The notes beneath the pieces are model-generated. The model made no database searches, was not told the origin of the DNA, and saw nothing but the letters and a program-made list of their open reading frames with translations. The translations under genes and the position numbers were made by a program. From positions 832,001 through 896,000 of the forward strand of contig CAVYYI010000001.1 of assembly GCA_963772725.1 (NCBI GenBank): DNA of 64,000 nt, written 5' to 3'. The stretch is from an uncultured Phycisphaerales bacterium. Its GTDB lineage: Bacteria; Planctomycetota; Phycisphaerae; Sedimentisphaerales; Anaerobacaceae. Positions 21,952 through 33,236 of the stretch are shown here, in pieces. Numbering within the stretch: position 1 is the first letter of the stretch; each line of letters opens with the position of its first letter.

Positions 21952-23606
21952 AAGCCTTTTGTAAAATTCATAAATATTTGTTAAATAACGACTTATGTCA
22001 TTATTTTTCTTGCAATCTCCTCCATTTTGGATATTATGTAAGCGTTGTCAGTAAAAGGACTTACAACCAAAATAAAGGAGATTTTTTTATGTACCACGTT
22101 CAAACGTCACTATTTTATGACCTCCAGGAGCTTGTCAGAAATTCATCGCTGCTGCGAAAGTACTTCTATCTCTTTCAGGCTCTCGATATTTCCATTCTGC
22201 CCGACAGAAACTTCGGTGTCGGCAGAACAGGTCACTCACGACATGCCATCCTGAGAGGCACTCATCGTCAAACATCTTCAGCAAATAAAATCTGTCCCTG
22301 AGCTTATCGAATATCTTCAAGCCAATCCGCCTCTGCTGGAACTGTGCGGCTTTACGCTCGGGAATATGCCGGACGAATCCCAATTCTATCGTTTCTTGGC
22401 AGATACCGATAACTCTGTTCTCAAAGAAATTCATTACCGTCTAAATCAGCGGCTTATCGAACAGGGATTAGTCAGCCTTGATACCTTGATCATTGACTCC
22501 AAACCTGTTATGGCTGCCACAAAAGAAAATAATCTCAAAAATCCCGCCCGAAACACCACCGATAAAACCAAGACGCCCACTCGAAATCCTGCTGCAACAT
22601 TGAGCTATTATTCTTGTCAGGTCCTCAACGGCAAAAAGGAAAACATGCTGTTCTTCTGGGGATACAGGACACATGTCATAATCTCAAAACAAGGAATATC
22701 GCTTGTTGAAATAACTCTGCCAAACAACACCACAGACCAGCAGGTTGCCTTCAAGCTGCTTAAAGAACTCAAACGCAGATACAGGGTCAGAAAAGGCTTT
22801 CTGTTTCTTGCGGATAAGGCCTACGATGTCAGAGACCTGTACACCTTTATAGTTGGAAAGATGAAGGGAAACCCATATATCCCAATCAACCCAAGAAATC
22901 AGAAAGATGACAAGACTTTTGGCCCTCACGGCTGTCCCATCTGTGATGCTGGTCTTGAAATGAGGTCGACCGGAAGATGGACCGAGGGCAATCGTGAACG
23001 CATCAAGTTTCGCTGCCCCTTAAAGGTCAGCAAAAAGACTGCTGAAAAACTTAGTAACACCTGTCCGGTAAACCTTCCATCCTTCAATACCGGCAAATGC
23101 TACGGCTGTACCAAGTACATTGATATCACTGAAGATGCACGTTCGCGTGTCCCAAGGGATTCAAGGGAATTTAAGGAAACTTTCAAGCAAAGAGAATCAG
23201 TCGAGCAATACTTTGCTCGGTTAGGAGACCGTGAAGCTGAACAGACTACGCACTATTCATTGAAAACCGTGCGTAATCAGATGACAATCGCTCATCTGAC
23301 GGCAAGTCTTATCGGCGTTGCCGCTGCTATATTGCTTAAACAGCCCGGGAAAATGCGTTGCCATAAAACATTCGCACAAATACCAAACCGACGCAAGGCC
23401 GGCTGATGTCTCAGTTGACGTTGAACGATTAACTTTTCAAAGAGCTAAGACAGAACTCTCGGGGATACTCTGTCTCTAGACAGGCCTTCTGGCCTTAAAA
23501 AAACCAAAATTCACACTCATGCTGCAATAATCCATCAGTTCCACTGCCATTGCGTTGTTTATCCGTTCCGACCTCTGCTAAAAATCATTCATTTTGCAGA
23601 AGTCTT
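21952..23606 (+). mobile_element. IS element (IS4/IS5-superfamily DDE transposase)
   Basis: Imperfect IRs AAGCCTTTTGTAAAAT / ATTTTGCAGAAGTCTT; 10-bp direct repeat CTTGAGTTAA at 21942-21951 and 23607-23616. Confidence 0.85.
22089..23406 (+). CDS. DDE transposase, frameshift near 22257
   Basis: PDESQFYRF, IDSKP, WGYRTH, ADKAYD, R.SVEQYF; N-terminus MYHVQ lies in another frame. Confidence 0.85.
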
Positions 23607-23797
23607 CTTGAGTTAAGTATTGCAAATTTTAGTTATTATTCCGCCCCATATTGTCAGTCCTAATTTTAATTGGAAAGACAATGTTTTTATACGCTTTGTC
23701 GGCTTTAGAATCAAGAAAAAAAAGGCTGGATTTCAGAGTTAATTTTTTTGTGTATGAAAATGGACACAGGCTGTTGTTAGTTACGTGTCACTTTTGC

Positions 23798-23859
23798 CGC
23801 AAAATGGTTAAAGATTTACGCAAAATGGCGTTGACATAGTCTGATAACAGTGCTACAAG
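23798..23859 (+). promoter_or_regulatory. Promoter with direct repeat CGCAAAATGG x2 (copy 1)
   Basis: Repeats at 23798 and 23819 (21-bp spacing) next to TTGACA 23831; duplicated at 27903. Confidence 0.72.
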
Positions 23860-24058
23860 CTATATTGCTAAATTATGTTGTTATATTGCTATTAATATTT
23901 TTATAACACTTAATTATCTGTCAAAGGTAAAAAGAAGGAAGGACAAATCATGATTATTGAGGCATCAGCATTCATCTTACTATTACAAAGCTCTTGTAAA
24001 GATGTACGACACAGATACGCATATCGGTAATGTTATTTCCGAATTATGTTAAGAACTG

Positions 24059-24140
24059 TATGCACATGAAATTATGAATACCATCTCGGAAAGGAGGTGA
24101 GCAAAGGAAGGAAATAAAAGAGTGGTATCAATTGTGCGTA
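24059..24140 (+). ncRNA. Candidate structured 5'-leader RNA (copy 1)
   Basis: Conserved with 28151-28232; predicted helices with one compensatory change. Confidence 0.55.
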
Positions 24141-24219
24141 AAGACTCTGGAGTAACGGATTTGCATAAGAAAACGGTGTGTAAAAAATCAAATTTAATCG
24201 TACAAGGAAGGAAATATTT

Positions 24220-27200
24220 ATGAAAAACTCTATGAATAAAATTAGGCCAGGGCTTTTGTTAATGGCGTTATTAACATTGAGCCTTTGGGGAACTATACTG
24301 TGTCAGGCAGCAACCATATATGTGTCTTCTTATGGCGGTTACCCTGACGACAGCACAGATGACACAAGTGCAATAAACTCTGCTATTACCGCTGCAGGCT
24401 CGGGAGACACTGTCTCTTTCAGTGCGGGAACTTATGACCTGATAACCCCTTATGACAGCACCACTCATATCAGGATTTACGAGAAAGACAACCTTACGCT
24501 GCAGGGGCGACATCCGGCGGCGAACCTGCAACTACCTTGCTTCGCCATTACGCAGATATTAACAGTCTCTCTACCGAGCCTCACTTGGTCTACAACAAGA
24601 ACAACAGTAATATAACCGTCAAAAACTTCATATTCGACAATACACCTCGCTGTGTTACCGCAGGTACGGTCACTTATAAGTCCGGAGATGGCAAAACCTT
24701 AAGAGTGCAGCTTTTCAGCGACCAGCCTATGTTATCGGGTAGGGGCTGTTATGCGGCCAACGCCTGGCTGCCGACATCGCCTCCCGTCTTAAAGGAGGTT
24801 GAGAGTTTAACTTATGGTACATCACCTGCGAACTGGACTGTTTATGACTCCGGAAACAGGATAATGCAGCATATGTCGCAGGAGGAATTGACTTCATAGC
24901 TGATGTCGATGTAAATGATTATATGTCATGGCATTATGCCACTGATGCTCAAGACATGTTTTACACCTACAATGTTGACGGATTTACATTGCGAAATATA
25001 AAGATCCTAAATTCGATGGGCGCATTTACCCTTATAGCTTTCGTAAATAACCTTACGCTGGATAAAATCCGCGTTGCATCCGATAGCAATTGTCCGGCGG
25101 TAGGTCCACGTGACGGATTTCATATATCGACCAATACGGGTACTCTGGAAATTAATGACGTCGATATACAGGGCGTTCGAATGGACCCGATTGTTTTCCG
25201 GGTACAGTATTTTGAAATAACCAGCAAGACAGATTCGACTCATTTTAGGATAGTCAATGAATCAGCCGCAGGCAACATACCGAGTATTACCTCAGGGAGT
25301 ACCCTCGGACTCTGGAGTTCTACCGGAGGAGTTTATACTGCAACGGTAAGCTCGGCAACTTATGTATCAGGCGGCACCTATGACATCGTTACCACAGCAG
25401 CTATTCCCGCATGGGCCGGCGTGGGAACTGACTTGAAAGTTGGCGCATATATGCCCGACACTATCACAATTAAAAAGTGTGATTTTAAGAATAACGCAGG
25501 ATGCGACGTAATCCTTTTCAATGACAATGCGACGCTGATGAACAACACCCATGAGAGATGTATGTTCCCCGCTATCTATATGGGCAGCAATAACTCTACT
25601 GCAGGAGTTTGCGGAAGCAATATAGATATCGTCGACTGCAATTTCAGTTATTGCGGGTGGATGGATAAGAACGGGCACGCGGTATGATAGCAATGTATAA
25701 CGCCCATACCATATATACAACTGCTAAAATGTACGACATTAATATCCAGGATAACATTTTCGAGTATGGCTCTCCCGGAATTAACGTCTTCGATACCAAT
25801 GTTGCCGACATTTCAGGGAATGACTTTAACGAAGTATATCCTGTGGTACAAATTGACACGGCGTCAGCATCTAATATCAATGTCCACGATAACAATATAA
25901 TCCTGTCGTATATTGACTCTGCTACACTTACAGCTACTGCAATGAACAATTATACCAGCCGTAACCCCGTATATGCTGTAAACGGGGCCGGAATGACCGG
26001 CGATGCACACGCAAGTGACACCCCTGTATCCAAGATGTGGATGAGTTCGAGCAGTACTGTGCCGAGTTGGTTCAAGGTTGACCTTGCCACAAGCTACAGC
26101 AATCTGAACTTTATGAGGATTTGGAATTTCAACTGGGCAAGCTATACCAACAGAGGCAGCAGAAATGTCAATGTTTACTATTCGAATTCCGGCAGCGACC
26201 CTGGAAACCCTGTGGATAATCCGGGCAACTGGACAGCATTGGGCAGCGCCTTTGACCTGACACAGGCTCCAGGCGCAAGCAATTACGGTACAACTAACGC
26301 TGTTCTGCCTGACGATGTGGACCTTTCGGGAATCACAGCCCGATGGATATCGCTCAAGATTAACAGCGGCTGGGGCGGCGGCTATCTGGGTCTCAGCGAA
26401 ATCCGGTTCTACACAACAAGCGGCGGCGGCTCACCTCCCGGCAAAGCCACCAGTCCAAGTCCGGCTAATTCGGCTACCGGTGTAAGTATAACTGCTGATT
26501 TGAGTTGGACGGCAGGCTCAGGAGCAACATCCCACGATGTCTATTTCGGTACCAACCAGACCAACGTTACCAATGCCACAACTGCATCAGCCGAATTCAA
26601 AGGCAACCAGGCCGGCACTACTTATGACACGGGCACAATGGCTAATAACGTCACCTATTACTGGAGAATTGATGAGAAGAACACGGATGGTACAACCAAA
26701 GGCGACATCTGGAACTTCACTACTATTGTTGCAGCACCCGGCAAAGCCACTAGTCCAAGTCCGGCTAATAGTGCTACCGGTGTAAGTGTAACTGCTGACC
26801 TAAGCTGGACGGCAGACGCTGGCGCAACATCGCACGATGTTTATTTCGGAACCAACCAGACCAATGTTACCAATGCTACCACGGCATCAGCAGAATTCAA
26901 AGGCAATCAGGCAGGTGCAACTTATGACACAGGTACAATGGCTAATAACGTCACCTATTATTGGAGAATCGATGAAAAGAACGCCGGCGGCACAACCAAG
27001 GGCGACATCTGGAACTTTACTACTATTGCTGCTATGCCAACATTCGTCGCAGCCGGGGCCGTCGCGTACGGCACAGGAACGATAACACCAGCGCTTCCCT
27101 CGGGCATTGCACAGGCGATATTTTACTGCTGTTCCTTGAGACTGCCAATCAGGCCATCTCGATTTCCAATCAGAACGGCGGGACATGGACTGAGGTTACC

Positions 27201-27699
27201 AACTCACCGCAGGGAACCGGAACAGCCGCAGGCGCTACCGCTACCAGGCTTACGGTCTTCTGGTCGAGGTATAACGGTACCCAGGGCAATCCAACCGCAT
27301 CTGATTCAGGTGACCATCAGCTTGGCAGGATTATAGCTATTCGCGGTGCTGTTAGCATCCGGCAACCCATGGGATGTTACAGCAGGCGGTATTGAGGCTA
27401 CATCGGACACCAGCGGCTCTATTGCAGGAGCGACTACAACGGTTACCAATACTCTTGTCGTAACTGCCATTGCTACCAGTCTCCCTGACGCAAGCAGCAC
27501 GACAAACTTCTCGAGTTGGACAAACGCCAACCTGACAGATGTTACCGAACGCACTGACAATGCCGTAAACTCAGGCAACGGCGGTGGTCTTGGTGTAGCC
27601 ACGGGTGTGAGGGCGGCAGCCGGAGCTTATGGCAACACTGCTGTTACTCTTGCGAATTCAGCATATAAGGGTATGATGAGCATCGCGATTAAACCTTAA
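24220..27699 (+). CDS. Secreted modular protein: beta-helix (GH110-like) + discoidin-like + 2 Fn3-like repeats + shared C-terminal domain; broken by about 5 frameshifts
   Basis: Fragments 24220, 24537, 24923, 25684 and 27346 align colinearly with domains of the intact paralog at 28309. Confidence 0.75.
26437..27030 (+). repeat. 300-bp intragenic tandem duplication
   Basis: PGKATSPSPANSATGVS...KGDIWNFTT starts at 26437 and 26737. Confidence 0.93.
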
Positions 27700-27745
27700 T
27701 TGGGATGATGCGTCAGTAGATTTGCAGCACTGAAGATGTGTTTAC

Positions 27746-27782
27746 AGCCCGGCGGCAAAAGTTATGCCGCCGGGCTTTTTTT
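27746..27782 (+). terminator. Intrinsic terminator
   Basis: AGCCCGGCGGCA-AAAGTTA-TGCCGCCGGGCT followed by a T run; hairpin identical to 31692. Confidence 0.92.
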
Positions 27783-27902
27783 ATCACGATTCATAGTCTT
27801 GTTACTCAACCTGGCTGGGAATAACTTACAAGTCTTCATTTGTCTTTTTAAAACTTTTGTCGTTAACCCCCAAAATTCTACCGTTAAAAAACAATATTTT
27901 GA

Positions 27903-27963
27903 CGCAAAATGGTTTAAGATTTACGCAAAATGGCGTTGACAGATTCCATAAAACCGTTACAGT
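27903..27963 (+). promoter_or_regulatory. Promoter with direct repeat CGCAAAATGG x2 (copy 2)
   Basis: Repeats at 27903 and 27924, TTGACA at 27936. Confidence 0.72.
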
Positions 27964-28150
27964 ATGCATTATCGATTCAGCAAATAAAACTATCAATAAG
28001 GAATATTCACTGGAGGCAAGATACGTGAGAAACCAGATATTGAATCATCTCAACCGCAGGATTCATCACCATGCAAACATCTTTTCTGAAAAACAGAAAG
28101 CTCTGTGTACGTACAGGCTGTCATTTTTATGCGGAACAGGTTCAGGACTA

Positions 28151-28232
28151 TATGCACATGAAACTATGAATACTATCTCGGAAAGGAGGTGAATAAAGGA
28201 AGGGGGTGGAAGAAAAGTATCAATTGTGCGTA
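28151..28232 (+). ncRNA. Candidate structured 5'-leader RNA (copy 2)
   Basis: See copy 1. Confidence 0.55.
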
Positions 28233-28308
28233 ACTGTTCTGAAGTAACGGGTTTGTATATAAACAAGGATGTACAAAAAATAAAATTTAATACAAGGAGA
28301 CAATTAAA

Positions 28309-31300
28309 ATGAGTAAAAAATTAACATATTTGATGGTCTTCGGTTTATTGCTGGCTTTGGCAGGCAATGCCTGTGGGGCCACCTATACCTGGGACCACGG
28401 CGGAGCAGATAAACTCTGGAAAACCGCGGGTAACTGGTCTTCAGATACCGTGCCGACAAGTGCCGATTATGCTCAAATTGATGACAGCGGTTCAGACAAG
28501 CCGGTGATTGATTCGACGCATACAGGCGGCAATCAGGCAACATGCGGTTATGCTTATGTTGGGTATGGTGTCGGCAGTACAGGTGAACTTTCAATGACGG
28601 GCGGTCTGTGGACTGTGGCAAGCAGTTATGTAGTACCCGGCTACAGCGGCACAGGCACAGTTACAATAAGCGGCGGTACGCTCAATGCGAGCGCTGCAAG
28701 CGGTATTATTGTAGGCTGGAATACCGGCAGCACCGGTACTCTAAACATCAGCGGCGGCAGTGTGACTGCAACAGGAGCTAGCGGCATCAGGTTGGGCTAT
28801 AACGGCACCGGTACAATAACGATGACCGGCGGCTCGCTTTTTACGAGTAAAATAACAATGCCTTATACCGCAGGCAAAACAGGACGTTTGCATTTAGACG
28901 GCGGCCGACTCGAATTATCAAGCACATTTACAATAAATACAGGCGGCCTGGCGGATGTCGGCGGAGGCACGCTCATAATCAGCGGCGATGTAACATCGAC
29001 AATTCAAACTTATATTACTGCCGGCAAGATTACTGGTTACGACGGTGCCGGAACTTTGAACCTTGATTACAATATCACAAATGCCGGTAAAACTACATTG
29101 ACCGCTACTGAGATTGATCCTAATGGCGCTACCGATCCCAGCCCGGCCCACAATACTACCGGGGTGAGCCTGACGGCTGATCTGAGCTGGTCGACAGTCC
29201 CAGGGGCAGACAATTATGACGTCTACTTTGGAACAAGCAGTCCGGGAACATTTCAGGGCAATCAGGAGGCCAACAGCTTTGACCCTGGAACAATGGTTGA
29301 AGGCACCGTCTACTACTGGCGTATTGATGCCAATAGCAGCGCAGATAAGGTTACAGGTACGGTCTGGAACTTTACAACCGCCAATACAATATATGTATCT
29401 GAATACGGTGCCTACCCTGATGACAGCGATAATGACACCAATGCAATAAACTCTGCAATCAGCGCAGCCGGTTCAGGAGACACTATTGTTTTTAGTGCCG
29501 GAACCTATGACCTGATTACCCCTTATGACACCTCTCGTTATATCTACATCAACAACAAAAGCAATCTCACCCTCCAGGGTGCGACATCCGGCGGCGAGCC
29601 TGCTACCACATTATTGCGTCATGTTCCTGTTGTAAATCGCATCGACCCGCCTCGACTCTTGAATACCAATTTAGGCTCAGATATTGTTATTGAGAATTTC
29701 ATATTGGATAATTCTCCCCGTCTGTGTACTGCCGGCGAAGTTACTTATAAGTCCAGCACGACCGTAAGGGTAGCGATATTCGATGACCTGCCTATGGACG
29801 AGGGATGTTCATGTTACTCGGCCAATGCATGGCTGTCGACATCGCCTCCTGTCTTAAAAGAGGTTCCAAGTTTAACTATGGGGTTAGAAGAAGGGACAGG
29901 TTCACCCGCTAACTGGACTATCTATGACGCACCGAACCGGATAATGCAGTTATATAACGCAGCAGGACTGAGCTTTGTCGGCGATATCGATGTCGGTGAC
30001 TATATGTCATGGCATTACGGCAATAGTGGAGATTGTGAGGTATATATTAACCAAACAGATGGACTAACTATGCGAAATCTAAAGATGCCTAATACGATTA
30101 ATATGTTTGCCCTGGTAGCGTTAAGTGACGATGTTACATTAGACAAAATAAAGATGCTATCTACCGATAATCAATTGGCAGTAGGTTCTCGTGATGGTTT
30201 TCATATCTCCAGATGTACCGGTACTATGGACATTAACGATGTCGATATTGAAGGTTTTCGCTGGGACCCCATTGTTCTCAGAAGCCTTAACGCTGCAATA
30301 ACCGCCAAGACAGATTCAACTCATTTCAGAATACTAACCGACGCGTCAACAGGCGGTCAAGCGATTACCAGCGGCAGCACCCTTGGCATCTGGGATAGCA
30401 CTAGCACCTATGCCGAGGTAACTGTAAGTTCAGCATCTCTTTTCACAACCGATACCTATGACATTGTTACTACCGCGGCCATACCAAGCTGGGCAGGCGT
30501 AGGTGACGATGTGAGAATTGGAGCATTTATGCCCGACACCATCAGTATTAAAAACTGTGATTTCAAGAACAATGCCGGTTGTGACATAATTCTTTTCAAC
30601 GGCAACGCAACACTGACCAACAACACCCATGAAAGATGTATGTATTCGGCTATTTACATGGGTGATAATTCCACTTGCGGAGCATGCGGAAGTCACATCG
30701 ATATAACCGACTGCAATTTCAGTTATTGCGGATGGGTAGTAAAGAATAATACTCAAGCTATGGTAGGCATCGAAAACGATTCTAGCTACTCTGCGCCGGC
30801 ACGGGTGGATGGCGTCAACATCCAGAACTGTAGTTTTGATAACGGCCTCGTTGGAATATATGTTAAAGATACCAATACAGCGGATATTTCCTCCAATTAT
30901 TTCGCTGACACTGTAACCACTGCAACATCTGTTGAAGGAGCGACAACAAGTAACATCGATATTCATGACAACACTATCGTAGCAACGCCAACATATGTTG
31001 CTGCCGGGTCTGTTGCGAGCGGTACGGGCGCTATAACACCGGCGCTTCCTTCGGGCATCGCCGAAGACGACATCCTGCTTCTGTTCCTCGAGACCGCCAA
31101 TCAGGCCATCTCGATTTCCGATTCTAAAGGCGGCACATGGACAGCGGTTACCAACTCCCCGCAGGGTACCGGAACAGCCGCCGGCGCTACTGCTACCAGG
31201 CTTACGGTATTCTGGTCCCGGTACAACGGCACACAGACTGCTCCAACCACATCTGATTCGGGCGACCATCAGCTTGGCAGAATGATAGCCATTCGCGGCG

Positions 31301-31650
31301 CCACTACATCAGGCAATCCATGGGATGTTACAGCAGGCGGCGTTGAAGCTACGATGGACACCAGCGGCTCCATTGCAGGAGCGACTACAACGGTTGACAA
31401 GACTCTTGTCGTAACTGCCATTGCCACCAGTCACCCTGACGCAAGCAGCACGGCAAAATTCTCGGCATGGACAAACGCTAACCTGACAAGTGTAACCGAA
31501 CGCACCGACAATTCCGTAACCGCTGGCAACGGCGGCGGTCTTGGTGTCGCCACGGGTATCAGGGCGGCAACCGGGGCTTACGGCAACACTGCCGTTACTC
31601 TTGCGAATTCAGCATACAAGGGTATGATGAGCATCGCAATCAAGTGGTAA
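28309..31650 (+). CDS. Secreted 1113-aa modular protein: Gly/Thr-rich passenger-like repeats, Fn3-like module, right-handed beta-helix, C-terminal domain
   Basis: Signal peptide; TLNISGGSV repeats; YDVYFGT..YYWRID; YGAYPDDS..DT.AINSAI; RDGFHIS. Confidence 0.85.
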   Translation: MSKKLTYLMVFGLLLALAGNACGATYTWDHGGADKLWKTAGNWSSDTVPTSADYAQIDDSGSDKPVIDSTHTGGNQATCGYAYVGYGVGSTGELSMTGGLWTVASSYVVPGYSGTGTVTISGGTLNASAASGIIVGWNTGSTGTLNISGGSVTATGASGIRLGYNGTGTITMTGGSLFTSKITMPYTAGKTGRLHLDGGRLELSSTFTINTGGLADVGGGTLIISGDVTSTIQTYITAGKITGYDGAGTLNLDYNITNAGKTTLTATEIDPNGATDPSPAHNTTGVSLTADLSWSTVPGADNYDVYFGTSSPGTFQGNQEANSFDPGTMVEGTVYYWRIDANSSADKVTGTVWNFTTANTIYVSEYGAYPDDSDNDTNAINSAISAAGSGDTIVFSAGTYDLITPYDTSRYIYINNKSNLTLQGATSGGEPATTLLRHVPVVNRIDPPRLLNTNLGSDIVIENFILDNSPRLCTAGEVTYKSSTTVRVAIFDDLPMDEGCSCYSANAWLSTSPPVLKEVPSLTMGLEEGTGSPANWTIYDAPNRIMQLYNAAGLSFVGDIDVGDYMSWHYGNSGDCEVYINQTDGLTMRNLKMPNTINMFALVALSDDVTLDKIKMLSTDNQLAVGSRDGFHISRCTGTMDINDVDIEGFRWDPIVLRSLNAAITAKTDSTHFRILTDASTGGQAITSGSTLGIWDSTSTYAEVTVSSASLFTTDTYDIVTTAAIPSWAGVGDDVRIGAFMPDTISIKNCDFKNNAGCDIILFNGNATLTNNTHERCMYSAIYMGDNSTCGACGSHIDITDCNFSYCGWVVKNNTQAMVGIENDSSYSAPARVDGVNIQNCSFDNGLVGIYVKDTNTADISSNYFADTVTTATSVEGATTSNIDIHDNTIVATPTYVAAGSVASGTGAITPALPSGIAEDDILLLFLETANQAISISDSKGGTWTAVTNSPQGTGTAAGATATRLTVFWSRYNGTQTAPTTSDSGDHQLGRMIAIRGATTSGNPWDVTAGGVEATMDTSGSIAGATTTVDKTLVVTAIATSHPDASSTAKFSAWTNANLTSVTERTDNSVTAGNGGGLGVATGIRAATGAYGNTAVTLANSAYKGMMSIAIKW

Positions 31651-31691
31651 GTTTGACGATTTGATTGACGATGTCAGTCAGATGTTTTTAC

Positions 31692-31727
31692 AGCCCGGCG
31701 GCAAAAGTTATGCCGCCGGGCTTTTTT
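31692..31727 (+). terminator. Intrinsic terminator
   Basis: Same 12-bp hairpin plus T run as 27746. Confidence 0.92.
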
Positions 31728-31975
31728 CATTTTGTACAGTAATTTTTGCCGAACAATAAAATCTGTTTATACCTGCTTATAGCCTTGGCATAAGTCAAAT
31801 CGTATTCATCATCAACAGGAAGTCGGCCTTGCTGCATAGTAAGTGAGATACAGTTCCTTGCTGTTTAACGCAATTCTATGAAATTTATAACATTATTTTG
31901 CAACAATACCAGGAAAAACAAAATATTGGCATAATACTGAAATATGGGTTATATAATCAATAGAAAGGACGCGAT

Positions 31976-33187
31976 ATGTGTTTGAATTTTAAGCGGTTTA
32001 TTTTACTGGCAGTCTTTATTATTTTTGGTGTCAATGCAGGTTTTTCGGCCAAGCCTTGTAATGCCGAGCCGATTATTGACGCTAACTATCCCGGCGGCAA
32101 TATCATCGTCTATAAATTAAACGGCAGGATTGTTGACGGCAATACTGTGTATCTCCAGCAGGACTTGCGCGATACCCAATGGTGGTGGTTTTACTGGAAT
32201 TTCCGTGTACAGGCGGCACAGGGCAGAACATTGAATTTCAAGTTTTGCCTGAAACATCCGAAACTGGGAATTTCACCTTTTGGAACACAAGGTCCGGCGG
32301 TAAGTACCGATGGCGGCCAAAGCTGGTCGTGGCTCGGAGCCGATTCTGTTAAAGATGATACTTTCACTTATTCATTCCCGAAAGATGGTAAGGAAGTGCG
32401 GTTCTGTTTTACTATTCCATACCTGCAGAAAGACCTCGACAAATTTATTAATCTTTACAGGGGAAATCCCGCTTTTTCCGTTAAGCGGCTTTGCAAAACC
32501 GCAAAGGGAAGAATAGTTCCGCGGATTTACGCGGGCAAATTAAAAGGGGAGCCGAAATATCGAATCTTATTGACAGCTCGTCATCACGCGTGCGAGTCGA
32601 TAGCGGATTTTGTTATGGAAGGGATTCTCGAATCTGCGATGGCTGATACCAGCGATGGCAAATGGTTTCGCGAAAATGTTGAGATTCTGGCCATACCATT
32701 CGTAGATAAAGACGGCGTCGAAGACGGCGACCAGGGCAAATTACGCAGACCTCATGACCATGGCTACGATTATGGAGACAAGAGCATTTATCCGTCTGTG
32801 GCGGCCATAAAAAAATTGGTTCCAAAATGGTCCGACAACAAGCTTCGAATCGCTATGGACATACATTGTCCCTATCTTGGGAGGGAGATTTATTTTACGG
32901 AATGCCAGGTTAAGGATTACGAGAAGTACAATCAAAAATTTCGTCAGATTTTTAAAGAGGTTCAGACGGGCCCGCTGATATGGTATGGAAAATATCAAAC
33001 AGTGGTGCAGGGTAATTACGAGCCGACATTTCCTAACTGGGTTTCAAGCCTGTCCGGTATTCAGGTTTCAACTGTGATAGAAGTTCCGTATGCCAATGTT
33101 GGTGACGCGGTGGTAACGGCTGAATCCGCACGTTTGCTCGGCAATGACCTGGCTTGTGCGATGAAAGAATATCTCTGCGAACAGTAA
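31976..33187 (+). CDS. Secreted M14-type zinc carboxypeptidase-like protein
   Basis: Signal peptide; YPGGN, WFYWNF, ARHHACE, DKDGV..GDQGK, DIHCP. Confidence 0.8.
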   Translation: MCLNFKRFILLAVFIIFGVNAGFSAKPCNAEPIIDANYPGGNIIVYKLNGRIVDGNTVYLQQDLRDTQWWWFYWNFRVQAAQGRTLNFKFCLKHPKLGISPFGTQGPAVSTDGGQSWSWLGADSVKDDTFTYSFPKDGKEVRFCFTIPYLQKDLDKFINLYRGNPAFSVKRLCKTAKGRIVPRIYAGKLKGEPKYRILLTARHHACESIADFVMEGILESAMADTSDGKWFRENVEILAIPFVDKDGVEDGDQGKLRRPHDHGYDYGDKSIYPSVAAIKKLVPKWSDNKLRIAMDIHCPYLGREIYFTECQVKDYEKYNQKFRQIFKEVQTGPLIWYGKYQTVVQGNYEPTFPNWVSSLSGIQVSTVIEVPYANVGDAVVTAESARLLGNDLACAMKEYLCEQ

Positions 33188-33236
33188 AAATGTCACTGTC
33201 TATGGTCGGAAAACAATGGGATATTTTCGCAGGCAG

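Noticed and set aside
27857..28192. 111-aa ORF ending in MNTISERR as a real protein
   Set aside because: It runs through the promoter, and the equivalent frame in copy 1 is closed by TAA at 24050.
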